From positions 8,618,001-8,682,000 of the forward strand of contig NC_081331.1 in assembly GCF_022539665.2 (NCBI RefSeq): a stretch of DNA of 64,000 bases, given 5' to 3'. The DNA is from Daphnia carinata (lineage: Eukaryota). The first letter of the stretch is position 1; each line of letters starts with the position of its first letter. Both the position numbers and the translations under genes were made by a program. A model generated the notes under the pieces. The model was given only the letters and a program-made list of their open reading frames with translations. It did no database searches and was not told the origin of the DNA. This document shows positions 50,238 to 62,615 of this stretch, piece by piece.

Positions 50238-51780
50238 TACACCAGAAGATAGACTGCTATCCGTCTTGACAGTAGAACCCCATTCTCTTTCGGTTTCATC
50301 GTCTAAGATTAGGATGGTCAGGCCGATATGGCAAAGCCTCTCCAATTAGCTTATGCATCATTGCTTTTCCACCTGAAAACTTTTCGTTGCCCTAAGGCTA
50401 AATTTGTTGAGGCCCATGGATTTTTTTTCTTTTTCGCTCCCGTTTTCTTTGGCGAGGATCCATGCAAGTGGGTATGCTAGACATTAATTTGACTCGTGGT
50501 ACAGAGCTCAATTCTTGGTTTTTTATTTTTTAGTTTGAAAAATTTTTTTAATAAGTTGAAAAATGTTTAATGCAAATGGCGACAACTGTAATTTTTGAAT
50601 GATTTTAAATTTCGGTATTAACGTGGGGTCAAATCCGATTTTATGTATTACTTTTTGTAGATAGAAACTTTTCCTATCGTTCTTTTTTCAAATATTTTTC
50701 TTGTATCGAATCGAATCGCTATATTTAAATTCAGTTATTTCTTTTTAAGATTTTACAATAGCTGCAGAATGGATGCAACAATGATATGGGATGCGCATGA
50801 GAACTTCGTGGTTGGTGTTCGAATTCCAAAACATCGAATTCTGTTTCATTAGTCATGGTTTCATAAAAAAATTAAAAAGAATTTATGAAAAAGATAAGTT
50901 TACGACAGAGATATTTTTCGAAAACCTTTTTTTTCTAATATTGTTTCTTCGTATCGGAATGTATCGGATGACTTTAATTCATGTATTTTGTAATTTTTTT
51001 CATATATCCATGAAGAATGGCATAGTGGCAAGGTGATGGCATTGTAATTCGTAGACGAAGGTTCTATTCCAAGAAACGTCTCGGAAATATTTTGTAATCG
51101 GAAATATAGATGCCATATAAAAAAAATTAAGAACCCTTTATATAGGACACATATCAAAATTATAAATTATGTTGTGAAAAATCGGCATCGCTTAGTTTCA
51201 TTACAGAAACATTCTGTTTTCTGTAACACTAAAACAACCATGGTATCATGTGTGTATTGGTATAACGTCTGGCTACCAGATCGTAAAAGTAGGGTTCGAA
51301 ACATGGATTTTTTTCTTGTTTTGTTTTTTGTTTTATTTATCACATATAATTTTTTGTATTAAACCATATCGATGATCTTTACCTAAAACAATATCAAAGA
51401 AATTTTAACAGACAAAAGTGTAAAACACAAGAAACAAGACGTTTATGAAATGACCAAAATTGGTATCGGTAATGATTTCCAGAAATTATTTTTATAAAAT
51501 GTTTTTGAGGTTTCAGATGTTTAACACGAATTTTTGTCGTGATATTGAGAATTTATCGTTGGAGATCGTTTCCAGACAACAAGAATGCTGTAATCCCACG
51601 GCAATAAAATGTGGGTTGGAGTATCAAATATAAATGTATTTATTCATAAATAACACAGGACCAAATAGACGTAATGTTTTACTCGAAACAGGTCGTTTAA
51701 TTACAAACAACCAAGCCCCGTTTCCCCATTTCAAATTCAGTGGCTCATTGTACTTCTATTCCCACCGGTAGATGGCGTTG

Positions 51781-51872
51781 AATCGATACACCGATACGTC
51801 TGAATCGAATCGGTATCGAGTATCTGAAAATACAGATGCATCGCTGTATCGGTATCAGTATCCCCAACACTA
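51781..51872. mobile_element. Orphan hAT-like transposon terminus
   Basis: Clustered GATAC/GTATC subterminal repeats end in ...CCCCAACACTA (reverse complement TAGTGTTGGGG, a typical hAT TIR start). The partner end was not found. Confidence 0.5.
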
Positions 51873-52428
51873 GTAATAACCACCTCGCCCCTAGCAATTG
51901 CTCTTCAGTGCTTTTCGTTTAAAAAGTTGCCTGCTTCTTCGACGTCTTTGATGATTTGGAATATCGGCTCACATAACTCGCAAATTGTTCGCCTCAAAAA
52001 TAGGGTCAAGAAGAGACAAGAGTGTAGAATTTCTCGTCAGTGAAATATTTGGACAGTTGTATGAGTTTCGCCTTTTCCGACGTATTCCGTGTATTTTTTT
52101 TTTTCTTTTTTCTTATTATTATTTTTGTTCTATGGTCGATTTCTTATCTCTACCACGATATCTCTACTGGAATTGCTCCACTTTTAGATTTTTCATTTTT
52201 TAAATTTTAATCCTTCGCCAGAGGAGGGTGGGGCTATTTTAGTAGCTTTTTTTTAGTAAATGGGGCTAGTTCTCCTGCACGGGATGATAAATAGGGCTAT
52301 GGGGACGCATTAGGGCTAAAAAAAGCATAGTTTACACTATAATCAAACATGTGATTTTGCATATCATACCCTATGGAAAATCACTGTAATTATGAATTTA
52401 AAACGGAAAATTTTTACGTCTAAAATAT

Positions 52429-53001
52429 TTCCCTTCCTATCCCCTAACGATTCTGTTCTCTGCTCTGCCGCTCTTCCCTTATATCTCTACCACTACTCTA
52501 CAAATACAGCGCCAGTTAGCGGTTAGCAAGTCAACGTGGTCGGTGAATCTTTTTATTCTACACCCTCTCGTACGATCGGTTCCAATAAACGTTTCCAATA
52601 AACTTTAGTGATTACAATTGGATACAACTGTTCTCCGCTCTTTGCGGAGTTCGATAGTTTTTTGTTTTTTCGCGGCGATCGTTTCAAGCAAATTGTACAT
52701 TTCCTTATTGGCTGTCTCAAGGCCAGTCTTTACCAGACTATTTTTCTCTAACATTCCGTGGTTTTCTGTCTGTAGCCAACCTAGTTTTTTATTTCATTGC
52801 TTTAAGTTAGCTCGCTTAACCACCAATCAGATTTTCGTTTAAGAACTGAGCCGTTCAGCTTTTCCATGTCAATATTAGTTTCGGCGTTTTGTCTGCCTAA
52901 TGGATGACAGAGCGCTTTGACTTCTGCAAGCTTATGACGTAGTTCGTCATTCGCAAGTGCACTCTTATGTATGTCTTACTAACTAACTCTAAATCAGATT
53001 T
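52429..53001 (-). pseudogene. Degenerate partial duplicate of the 40.6-42.6 kb region (LTR piece fused to a coiled-coil CDS fragment)
   Basis: 52429-52635 aligns by eye to ~40590-40800, and 52637-53001 aligns to 42243-42622, with substitutions and indels. Confidence 0.85.
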
Positions 53002-53100
53002 TGAAAATAAAATTTTATTCGACTTGGATTAAATTTACACAAAAGGTATTTAGTTACTTACGAGTCAGATGTGTCCGCAACACCCTGTAAGCGTTGATAT

Positions 53101-53494
53101 TGTCGCGAGGGGAAAATAGTGACGTGGTTGTCATTTCTGAAAATGACGTGACAACCAACGATCAAGTGGCGTACAATGCAGCTTCTCTTGAAAAGAAGTT
53201 GCAACACGCAAATTATTTGGTAGAAGCTAGTTATTCCTTGAATTTATGTAACCCTAGAGATGGGGCGTATATCCTTCACGAAGGTATAAAAGCCCACACA
53301 TTTTTTACCCTAAGTTAGTTCTTGTCAGTTCTGAAGTTCTTGAGTTCTTTTCAAGTTCTCAATTTCCTGACTTCTCTTCACGTTCCTGTGTTTCAGTTAA
53401 GTAAAGCGTAGTTATTCTTCCTTTCTGTTATGTTTTGTATTTTCCCCTTTTAGTTCAATACAAATCATTTTCTAAAGTAAAGTCCAGTGTGACA
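53101..53494 (+). mobile_element. Solo LTR, probably Ty3/Gypsy, 394 bp
   Basis: TGTC...GACA inverted termini. 4-bp TSD ATAT at 53097-53100 and 53495-53498. TATA box GTATAAAAG at ~53284 and AATACA near the 3' end. Confidence 0.85.
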
Positions 53495-53499
53495 ATATT

Positions 53500-55380
53500 C
53501 GCACTTTAATAATGATTTGGCTTCATTTCTATATCATTTTCAAGCCACGATAGTTTGAACGTCGGATTAGAGACTGTAGCCAATCGCAGCTCATTATCGG
53601 AAAACATTTTCTCAAACCTAAAGATAGTATAAACAGTTATTATAATAAACAATTAGTAAGCTTAGAAATTAAATACCGAAAGTTAATTGAATCCAACAGG
53701 TTGGTTACTAAAGGCTGGCAGTGAATGATAGAGGCATCATCCTTAAACAATTTCAAGTTGTTTTTCAAAACTGAAATAGTTGGTAATAAAAATCCCATGG
53801 CAATATTCTTTTCGGCTTGAAGAATATCAAGGGCTTCAGCGACGGACTTCATTACGGTAACACATTCTTTCAAAAATTGCTCTTCGTTTGGAGTAAGAGG
53901 GATAATGCTGAACTCTTCAAATAATTTTTTCATCCCGCGTGTTTTTCATCGGGCGAACGAAACAGCATATGGCCGAGTATTCTGAATTCCGTCGTGTGTC
54001 GTTTTTAAGAATAAATAGTCGACCTAAGTGATGAATAATTGTATCTGAATTTAGGGAACTGGAATTTTGTTTATTCCAAATTTTCTGAAGCTTCTCCATG
54101 GAACTTGTCGTCAGTCGGTGGAACATATAATCTTGCATCTTCTGTACGTCAACTTTAGAAACAAGGCTCAAAAGGTGACAAGCGAATCGATGGTGCACTG
54201 GAAGAGTAATATTTCCAGAAGTAAGTCCATCCAGGTTTAGCACAGGATCATCAAGGATCTCTCCTATTTCAAAGTAAATTATTTCTTCGACATCCGATTC
54301 GATACCTAGATATTCATCTTCTTCTTGAATTAATGAATCGTAGTCCGGAATTGTTGTTGTGCCACGTAACTTGTCCTTCACTTTATATTCTTCGTGGATT
54401 GATTCAATCATTTTGGATAAAACGTCGAATGTGTGGCGGCCAAAAATACGGTGAGTAGCAAGACGTACATTTTTTTCTTTTTAAGCTTTGGCTACTGAAC
54501 CAGTGTATTGTCTCTCCAAGGTAAGACCGTCTTCTACAAGTCCAGGCATCTATGATAACACTAGCGCCAGTGCACAGTGACAGAGCAGATTGTAGTTGTA
54601 ATTTTCTTCTTCGTATTTTGTTTCCAACATACTGGTAAAAAATGTTCGCCCACGTAATTGCAAATGCGGCGCCAAACTCAAAACAAGGGTTTGAAAACCA
54701 ATTTTCTCAACAATATGCAAGGGTAACATGTCTTGTATTAGAAAATTCCGTTTACAAAAAACCATAATTAGTTAACAAGTCTGGGTTTTTAATTAATAAT
54801 ACATATTACCATAATCCAGTTGTCTAAGTCAGTTTGGGTGGCAATACGTCTTACAGTTGGATTATTATTTTTAGTTGGAGTCTCACAATTTCCCTGCAGT
54901 TTGTCCACAGCAGCTCTCCACTTCTCTATATGGCCAAGTGAATTGTCAGGATCGTGAGACTATCAACATTATAAAAAATTAATGAATGAAAATGGTATAG
55001 CTAAATGATTACATAGTACATACCAAGTAGTGTCTCTTGGCATTAAATCTTGTATCATTGAAAACTAATAGGGGTTTCGGTGTGCCATCTTTTTTCCACT
55101 TCATTTTGCAACCTTTCAATAGGCATCTGTACATCCTTGCATTCTTTCCCTCGGCGATCAATTTTTGATCGCGATCGCGGCAAGTCTGCCAGGCACGTTA
55201 AAAGAATATCGTAAAAAGAATAACTGAAATTGAAATCGCGCGACGGGGATAGAAGATTTCGCGTTAATATCATATTCGTAGCCAATTCTAAGGCCAATTC
55301 AAAGTGACGCGAAGAATTTAGGAAAAAATTAGAAAATGAAACAGCGTAGTAGCCATGTCCTGGCTATCTGTATTTTTGCC
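53500..55380 (-). mobile_element. Decayed hAT-superfamily transposase gene with short introns
   Basis: hAT motifs in order: DMLPLHIVEKIGF, IDAWTCRRRSYLGETIHW, GRHTFDVL, HRFACHLLSLV (CxxH region), NDTRRNS (TRWNS), ALDILQAE..MGFLLP, SNPTFK. It carries frameshifts and has lost the TDN catalytic Asp. A possible TIR (reverse complement TAGTGATG) lies at ~55508-55526. Confidence 0.88.
55151..55188. mobile_element. Terminal fragment of the same hAT MITE family as 62146-62615
   Basis: TCGGCGATCAATTTTTGATCGCGATCGCGGCAAGTCTG is identical to 62578-62615. Confidence 0.85.
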
Positions 55381-55756
55381 ATGAGTATTTAATTGTCTGA
55401 TTTCATAATCTGTTCGATTAAAATTGACAATTGAATAAGTTGTACTTCAATTAGAAAACTAAAACTACTACGTGGGTTTCAAATACATATCACCAGGTAG
55501 TAGTCCACATCACTAATGCATCACTATAAAAGCAATTTCAAATCATTATCTCCTTGCTCAGTAATTGATGTCTGCTGTGATAACGTAATTGTAAGAGTGT
55601 GACGTAATTTATATGGAAGTCCAGTAAACGTAACATCTTTAACGTCAGACTGACAACTTTTTGTGATGTATTCGTAATTTCATCATTAGAGGGTGCGAAA
55701 TAGTTCCCCAATCGTCAATGTCAATTTAATTATCATGTTAATTGCAAGGTACATAT

Positions 55757-57100
55757 TGTACATCCCTCGCGTACAAAAGTGCTAAAAAAGTTCTAGAGAT
55801 TGAGCCATACAAGCACCTACTGTAGAGAAGAGAAAAGGTGTAACAACTGTGGAACGCAACAAGAAAATATGACCAATTGCACACCACCGTCCAGTTGCAT
55901 CAACTGTGAGAGGAAGCATCCACAGCTCCCTGTCATGCCCAAGACCAAGGGCTTCAGAAGATAAAATTGGCCACGATAGCACCGTATCCACACCAAGTTA
56001 GATCTCTCATACCCTTTCCCTAGACGAGACCCTAGACTACCGCAAGCGATCCCTAACCTATTTTCTGAGACGAGAACCATAAATGAAAAAAATATAAGGT
56101 CGTGGAAGTTCCACGGAATCCATGCCCAGCTCTCCGAATTCCAAGCACCGAAATAGAGGATGGCCAGGAATGGAATGGAGGAGCTACAGTCAATCAGGTC
56201 GAATACTCGCTATCAACGCACGAAGCAGGCCAACTAGCATCCAATTCTAAGCTGGAGAAACTCTCCCTGTACTGATAAAACTCTTCCTCAGCATCAACAC
56301 TAAAGCAATGGAGTAGGGAACCAGACGAGACATAATGAAATGGAAAGTAGATATCGGGTCATCAACTCTTCGCTCGAGGTAGGCCGCTGCCAAACATGTA
56401 AGAAACGAAACACCTCCAACGAACAAGAAACTGACAGTTTGAGAGACTGAGACAATCCGGAAAATGCCTAAACTGCCCAAAAATTATTAAAGTGATTAAA
56501 TACAATCCAGGATGCCCCATAAAAATACTTTAATTGAGTTCAAAGCACATCTGCACAAATACAAGCCTCAGATAATAGTTATATCAGAAACAAGGTCATT
56601 TTCTGTGTTTAATTCAATGATTATTATGTTGTGAATAAAAAACCGTTCAAAATGAAATGGGTGGAGGTTTCGCAATACTGATCTACAAATCTCTCCAAGT
56701 CACTGTGTTTCAGCAGCCAGACTTTCAAACAGTAGAAGCAATAAAAGTGTGGTCTGCAACTGAAAACGATGGGAAAAAAGAAATGTTGGACATAATATCA
56801 GTCTACATATAAAATGAACAAATGCGACGTAGAGGAACTAGACCAGCTGTATCAAATTAAAGGAACAACACCATCATTGGCGGCGACTTCAACGCCCGAC
56901 ACAGCCTGTAAGAGCCTATGAGAGACTCCCCCAGCCAAACAAGAGCGGACAAGCTGTCTACAATCTGCTGGACCAACCTAATGTTAGCAATGCCGTCCAA
57001 TCTAGGCACTAGACAATGCCCCGACACCGACAGCAATAATGATCACACACCAGGCTGCTACAGAAGTAGTAAAAGAGGCTCCTACATCGAAGCGACTAGT
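55757..57100 (+). mobile_element. Decayed non-LTR retrotransposon (LINE, I/Jockey-like): ORF1 zinc knuckles and ORF2 APE endonuclease remnants
   Basis: ORF1 remnant YIPRVQKC..HTSTYCREEKRCNNCG....NC.....CINCERKH at 55760-55940. APE motifs KYKPQIIVISET, GGGFAILI, DIISVY and IIGGDFNARH (GGDFNA at 56879-56896). Many stops and frameshifts; no RT domain seen. Confidence 0.8.
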
Positions 57101-57943
57101 TCCCGGTCCACAGGTCGGGTCATAGATCGATCCTAGATCAATAAAAGCCGCAAATCATGCCCATACCTGGAACTGCAAAGAAAACAATTGTAAAAACTGA
57201 AATAAACACATGCAAGACACTATCGATAAATCAGACTTTTATGTATCGATGATTCAGCCAACAAATGCCGGGTCTTTTACCACGCCCTTTGTCGGAAATT
57301 CCGACGTCTGACCCACGGTCAGGGAACGGCGAGAAAGCGAAGAGGAAACGGTCAGAAGACAGAGAAGACCGATAGACTAAGGAGGAAAAAGAACGCCCAC
57401 AGAAACAGCAAGGATAACGGGCCAGAGAGCGGAGAAATCGTCGACAGAAGAGACAAAAACTCCAGGCGGGAGAATTAGGCCAAGACCAGCGATGTAGGAG
57501 AGACACGTCGTAAGACGGCACAGGGTTAAATGTTGCCGGGAAAGGAAGTTGATTGAGCCGCCTAAATTACGAACAATAAAAGGTCGGTAGCCCGGGAAGT
57601 GGTCTTGTAATATGGTGACTGTTTCTACATATCTGTAGAACGGTCTCAAGTGATAGAAGAGCTAACCGGATGTTAAAAACCAATGGTAGGAAACAAGTTG
57701 TAACCACAGGGAAAACCCTTCAAGCATCGGGATAGCAAGGTTGGGGTATAGTAGGAAGGGACCCTCCCACGGCCAGAAGAAAGAAGATCAGCGGTGACCT
57801 CTGGGCCAACGTTTAAACTTGTGTTTTGATCTATGGGTATAGAAGGGCCGGTATTAGGCCTACGTAATACACACACAATTTTGGACCGAGTCCGGGAATC
57901 ATCGCGTCAACTTAACTCAGTAACTTTTTTTCTTTCTTTAAAG

Positions 57944-60900
57944 TGTTACGTTGCCCGTCTTGCCCATCTCGCTGGGCTATCGTATCGCTGCCCGCCTGTT
58001 CACCGAAGCCGCCGTTAACTCGCCGCCCGCTGTCCAGCCTTTCCGTCCGGCCATGACACCTAGAACACCGCTGCCATCAACCTCATTGGACTTGCCGTAC
58101 CTGCCCGCGCATCCCGGCTCCCGCTGCATAAGCATATTTTCGCATTCGTCTTGCATATTTTTATATCTTTTGTTAAGTTTCAGGGAACGGATCTGTCGAT
58201 CATTAGTGTGTCACCGATCTCCAGCCGTAGCTCAATACGACGGTCGTGTTGCGGATTCTGAACAGAAGAGCAACCAGGCCATTTCTAGATCCGGAAGGCC
58301 CGTGCGAAGACCTGCTGTTTTTTATATTTAGCTTGTATTATTTCTAATATTATTTGTGTATGCCGCTAGGGGCGCTGTTTAACAGAGCCTTCTTGGTGGC
58401 CGATGTCGGCAATGGCCGACCCTTCTTAATTTTCCACTTGTCACAAGCAGACGTCTTTCGTAAGTTTCTAAAAATTCAAATAAGGTGCTAGTGAAATCTC
58501 TATCAGTGTTTTTCTCCCTATCAACGTATTACTAAGGTATTAAGTGATAATTTAATTTAAAGCTTCCCTTAGGTCTAGAATACGTTACATGGTCCTTCGA
58601 ACCAATTGAATTTGACGAAATCATCCAAATTAGACGTTTAGGCTGCTTGAGTATTACACTCACACACGTGTTGAGCAAGAAACGCGGATTAAGGAAATTT
58701 TTTGGCCACTACCTTAAACTAGTGTAAGGGTTTAAGCTTTTCTTTTACATTTACTAACAACCATTTCATTCCCCACAGCTATTTTTCAAGAAATCTTATA
58801 CCTTGCCATGAATAGAGAATACGGGCCGTTCACTTGGGCTGATACCCAAAGTCTCAACGTAAACTAAGTTTAGATTTACACTTTAAAACCCGTCACCAAC
58901 CTTTCTTAACAGTATCTAATTAAGATTAGAAGACTTGGGGACTTTCATGCGCAAATTAAGTTTGGGGAACGACCTGCACCTCTTCACCCCACTCCTACGA
59001 GAGAATATCAACCTCTCCCACCTGGAGTAACAATAGATGACAAACTAGACTACTACGAGAGAGGTTTCTACGCTGTAGCAATCCGGTATCTGCCAAGATT
59101 TGACGCCATTGGAGTCACAACATTCAGTCAAACACTGACCAGGCCAGATATCTGGAGTCTCTCAAGCCACGTCATCTACAACAACCAGCACCTGTAGTTC
59201 CAGAGGAAACAATTTACCCAGATATTTGCCTTCCGTCAGGACCTTTCGTACATCCAACACCAAGCTTTGGTCCAAAGTTCCACTTACAGCCGACAAGAAG
59301 ATTTCATCCATCGCGATTTCCTGTGCCTCAACCAACACACACCATACGACCAGTCAGGAACGTCGTCGTTGCCAACTTTTTTTCTGACAAAGCTGGTGTA
59401 CCAGAATAAAAGAAAGAAAAGGTGAAGGTACAGATTGAATGTCGTGAAGAAGGCCAGGTGGTGACTTTGAAGAAAAAGGAGGTAGGAAAAGAGTACGTGC
59501 TCCAAATGCGGAAGGGAGACTACTAAGGAAGAAGAGGAATTACCTGAAGACAACTAAGAATTCTTTTGTTTCATGGTATAACTTCTATAGTTGTTTAATC
59601 AAGAAGATTTTGTGATAGAAGAAAAGGACAGCTAGCCTTTGTTGTGAAACTGGTGCGATATCGCAAAATGCAATTCTTTCGTTTTCCCTTCCTAAATCCA
59701 TTCTCGTGTTGCTTTCTCAGAAAGAAAACTCGCCTTGGGATATCCCACAATAATTGTTTTCAGATTCATTTTTCAGACAGCCTTGAAACTCAAACAACAA
59801 GATGGCTACCATGAAATCGTTGACGCAGGCAGCCATCGTGTTAACAATTGATGTTTTAGAAAAGGAGCTTCACAAGGACCTGAAGAACTACGATGAAGCA
59901 TGCGAAGAAGATAGACTACGAGAAGCAGAGATGTCTTTTGAACTAGCCGAAGATAGAATGAGAAGACTGGAAAAGAACTACCAGACTTTCATCCCTATTT
60001 TGGTAGGCGAAACTCAGGAGAAATATCTTCTACAACATGAAAACTTCATCAACCGGTTCTAAAAAATGAACATCGATTGGAGGAGAAGAAGACCAGCTGA
60101 GAGCAGACGAAGCCCTCAACAGAGAGAACCTGTACTCCAAGTCGCTGCGCATAGTGAAGAGGAGAGATCTCCAACTACGAACATTGCTCCGGCAAGATGA
60201 TTAACGTTAATTTGATTCAATATCTGGTGAATCATGTTGTGTTAGTGTACAGATGAACGCACTTACTTATATCAGCAGCCCAAAAGGACGCGGAGCAGAA
60301 AACCACGCGCGATACGTGCTTGAAACCATCCGGCTCAGGTGGGACAAAGAAGAACTCCTGAGAAGGGAACAAGCCCTGGAAAGATCCAAGGCGATCAAGG
60401 AGCTGGGCCCCGCGTCACTTGCCCTACATGTCCCAGCCCCAGTACCGGCAGATCTAGTGGAAGAGATCAAGGGGTTAACAGACCCAAAACCCGGTCCTTC
60501 CAAGGAACCAACCCGCACCTCACCCAGGAAGACTAAGTCGGTCGCCACTGAAACTTCCAGCAAGTAGAAGCGAATTGTCGGGGTGGAGAAAATCAACAAA
60601 CAGCTGGCGAGGAAATTCGCACGAACGGGCCTACTGTCCTCGTCCGACGAAGAGGAAATCCTGCGGTCCCCCTACTCCGCTTAAAATATATCTATACATC
60701 ACTGTACCTCAACTGATACAATACATAGTAAAAAAAACCTTGTAGTTATTTTTGAAGATCAGCATGTCAGCACCGGCGAGAAACACGAGACAGGCGGCAG
60801 CCTGCGCCGAAATCTCGGGGTCCTCGAACGACTCGCAGGTCGAACAAATAGAGAAAAGGGTAACTTATAATTGATGTCCAATGGGGTTTCACAACTGGAA

Positions 60901-61300
60901 AACAAGATTACGGGTTATTAAGACATGGAACAGCAGTTGTCATCAATGACAGAGATGATCAAGTCCATCGACGAACGCAGTACGGGTGCGTTAAACTCAG
61001 CGGCGGAGCTAATCGAACAAGCAAGACAGAACTTGTCGTGGGAAGACCATATCCCGGCGATAGTGAAAACAGTAGAAGGGGAAATAAAAGAGATAATAGA
61101 CAAGGCGAAAGAGGAAGTAAGGGAACTACGGGAAGACAGCATGCCCGCCCTGGAAAATAGCCCGATAAGGTGGCCGGAGCCATTACGCACTTCATCCCGG
61201 GCCGAATCCCTCGGAGGCCTTAGAGCTGAACTGCTGGAAGATAGGGAATTAATTAGCAAGGAACTGCCCGAGAGTATCTGCATGACAGACGCGGAAAGGA
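57944..61300 (+). mobile_element. 5' portion of a BEL/Pao-like LTR retrotransposon (LTR ~57944-58588, PBS 58589-58602, leader and helical ORF fragments)
   Basis: ...CGTTACA is followed immediately by TGGTCCTTCGAACC, a tRNA-Arg-type PBS typical of BEL/Pao elements. The candidate LTR start TGTTACG at 57944 is uncertain. Downstream charged helical ORFs lie at 59802-60062, 60253-60567 and 60925-61300. No pol domains occur in the window. Confidence 0.6.
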
Positions 61301-61318
61301 CGCCAAAATGCGCCCTTA

Positions 61319-61850
61319 GGGCGCTTTTGGCGTCTACTTTTTGTTCAACTTTTTTAGTGAACGTATTTTTGCGGTCGGTAACTGTCCGGTAAATGGTTCA
61401 ACTAGATGACCTTTTTGGCGACAACGCCAGTGGGAGGTTCAACTGGAAAAGTTGAACTTTTTCAACGGTGGTCCAGACCACCGTTGACCTTCAGCTGAAC
61501 TTCAATGCCTCCCCTTCGGTTCAGCTAGCACTGAACTACGATTTTGGCGTCAACTTTGACTAAAAGTTGAACTAAAAAGGTTCAACAAAAGGTTGACGCC
61601 AAAATTTGCCCTTAGACTTCTGTACCCGGACACTTGGAAGGGCTGTTCGCGACCGTAGGACATGTGTCCAGCGAGTAGCGACATTTGGACTATTGGCTCC
61701 CGACGTTTGATCGCGACAACGAAAAAGTTCAACTAACCTCCCACGAACTTGGCGCCAAAATGATCAGCTAGTTCAGCCATTTACCGGACAGTTGACGCAA
61801 AAATACAATGCGTTGAAAAGTTGAGCTAACATACACGCCAAAATGCGCCC
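61319..61850. mobile_element. PIF/Harbinger-like MITE cluster
   Basis: Left TIR GGGCGCTTTTGGCGTC at 61319, preceded by TTA. Right TIRs ACGCCAAAAT(G/T)(C/T)GCCC end at 61315, 61611 (followed by TTA) and 61850. Region 61364-61463 is inverted at ~61720-61806. Confidence 0.8.
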
Positions 61851-62145
61851 CAAGCCAGCCCTATACTATGCGACAATTGGACTACCATGCCAGCGGCGTT
61901 TGGACTCCTTTTTTTCTTTTTCTTCCTTACTTCTTTTTCTTCTTACTCAATAAACAGTATTGATAATTAACTGTGATTACTGTACAGATATTTTTGCTCG
62001 GTTTATCGGGTGATTAGATATTGTTATTTTAGAAGAAAAGTATAATTACAATTACGTGAGATTAAAGTCATTTGCAATTAAACTATTATTTACTTTTTAG
62101 CCATGGCCTTTGATTATTAAACATTTAATAATATTATATATGGAT

Positions 62146-62615
62146 CAGACTTGCCGCGCCGATCAATTTTCCGATCGCGATCTCCGATCCGATCTTTTGA
62201 GTTTGATCGGATCGGGCGATCCGATCAAACTGCGAAAGATCGGATCGGCGATCAAATTTTGCCGATCATTTTTAGCGATCATTTTTGTGCAGCATCTAAC
62301 GGTAAAAATTTACACTGTTTCGCGAAAATAGCATTGGCTGTCACAGCGACAGTCACTGGCGGCCATTGAGGGTGAACACTAAACAGTTTCCTTCAATTGG
62401 CATTCGCATAAATAGCAGTGAAATAGAACCCTGCGGCTGAAAATCTACAGCTAGATGGCGAAAAGTTTGATCGCTAAAAACGATCGGATCGCGATCAATT
62501 TTTTGGGATCGCCGATCCGATCTCCGATCTTTTTCAAAAGATCGGATCGGCGATCAATTTTTTGATCGGAGATCGGATCGGCGATCAATTTTTGATCGCG
62601 ATCGCGGCAAGTCTG
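62146..62615. mobile_element. hAT MITE, 470 bp, with GATC-rich subterminal repeats
   Basis: Perfect 13-bp TIR CAGACTTGCCGCG. Perfect 8-bp TSD ATATGGAT at 62138-62145 and 62616-62623. Dense GATCG arrays at both ends. Confidence 0.93.

Noticed and set aside
50490..51600. AT-rich block that may be another non-autonomous element
   Set aside because: I could not identify matching termini, a TSD or coding remnants by eye.
62146..62615. CRISPR-like or bacterial Dam-site array
   Set aside because: There is no repeat-spacer periodicity. The TIRs and 8-bp TSD explain it as a hAT MITE in eukaryotic DNA.
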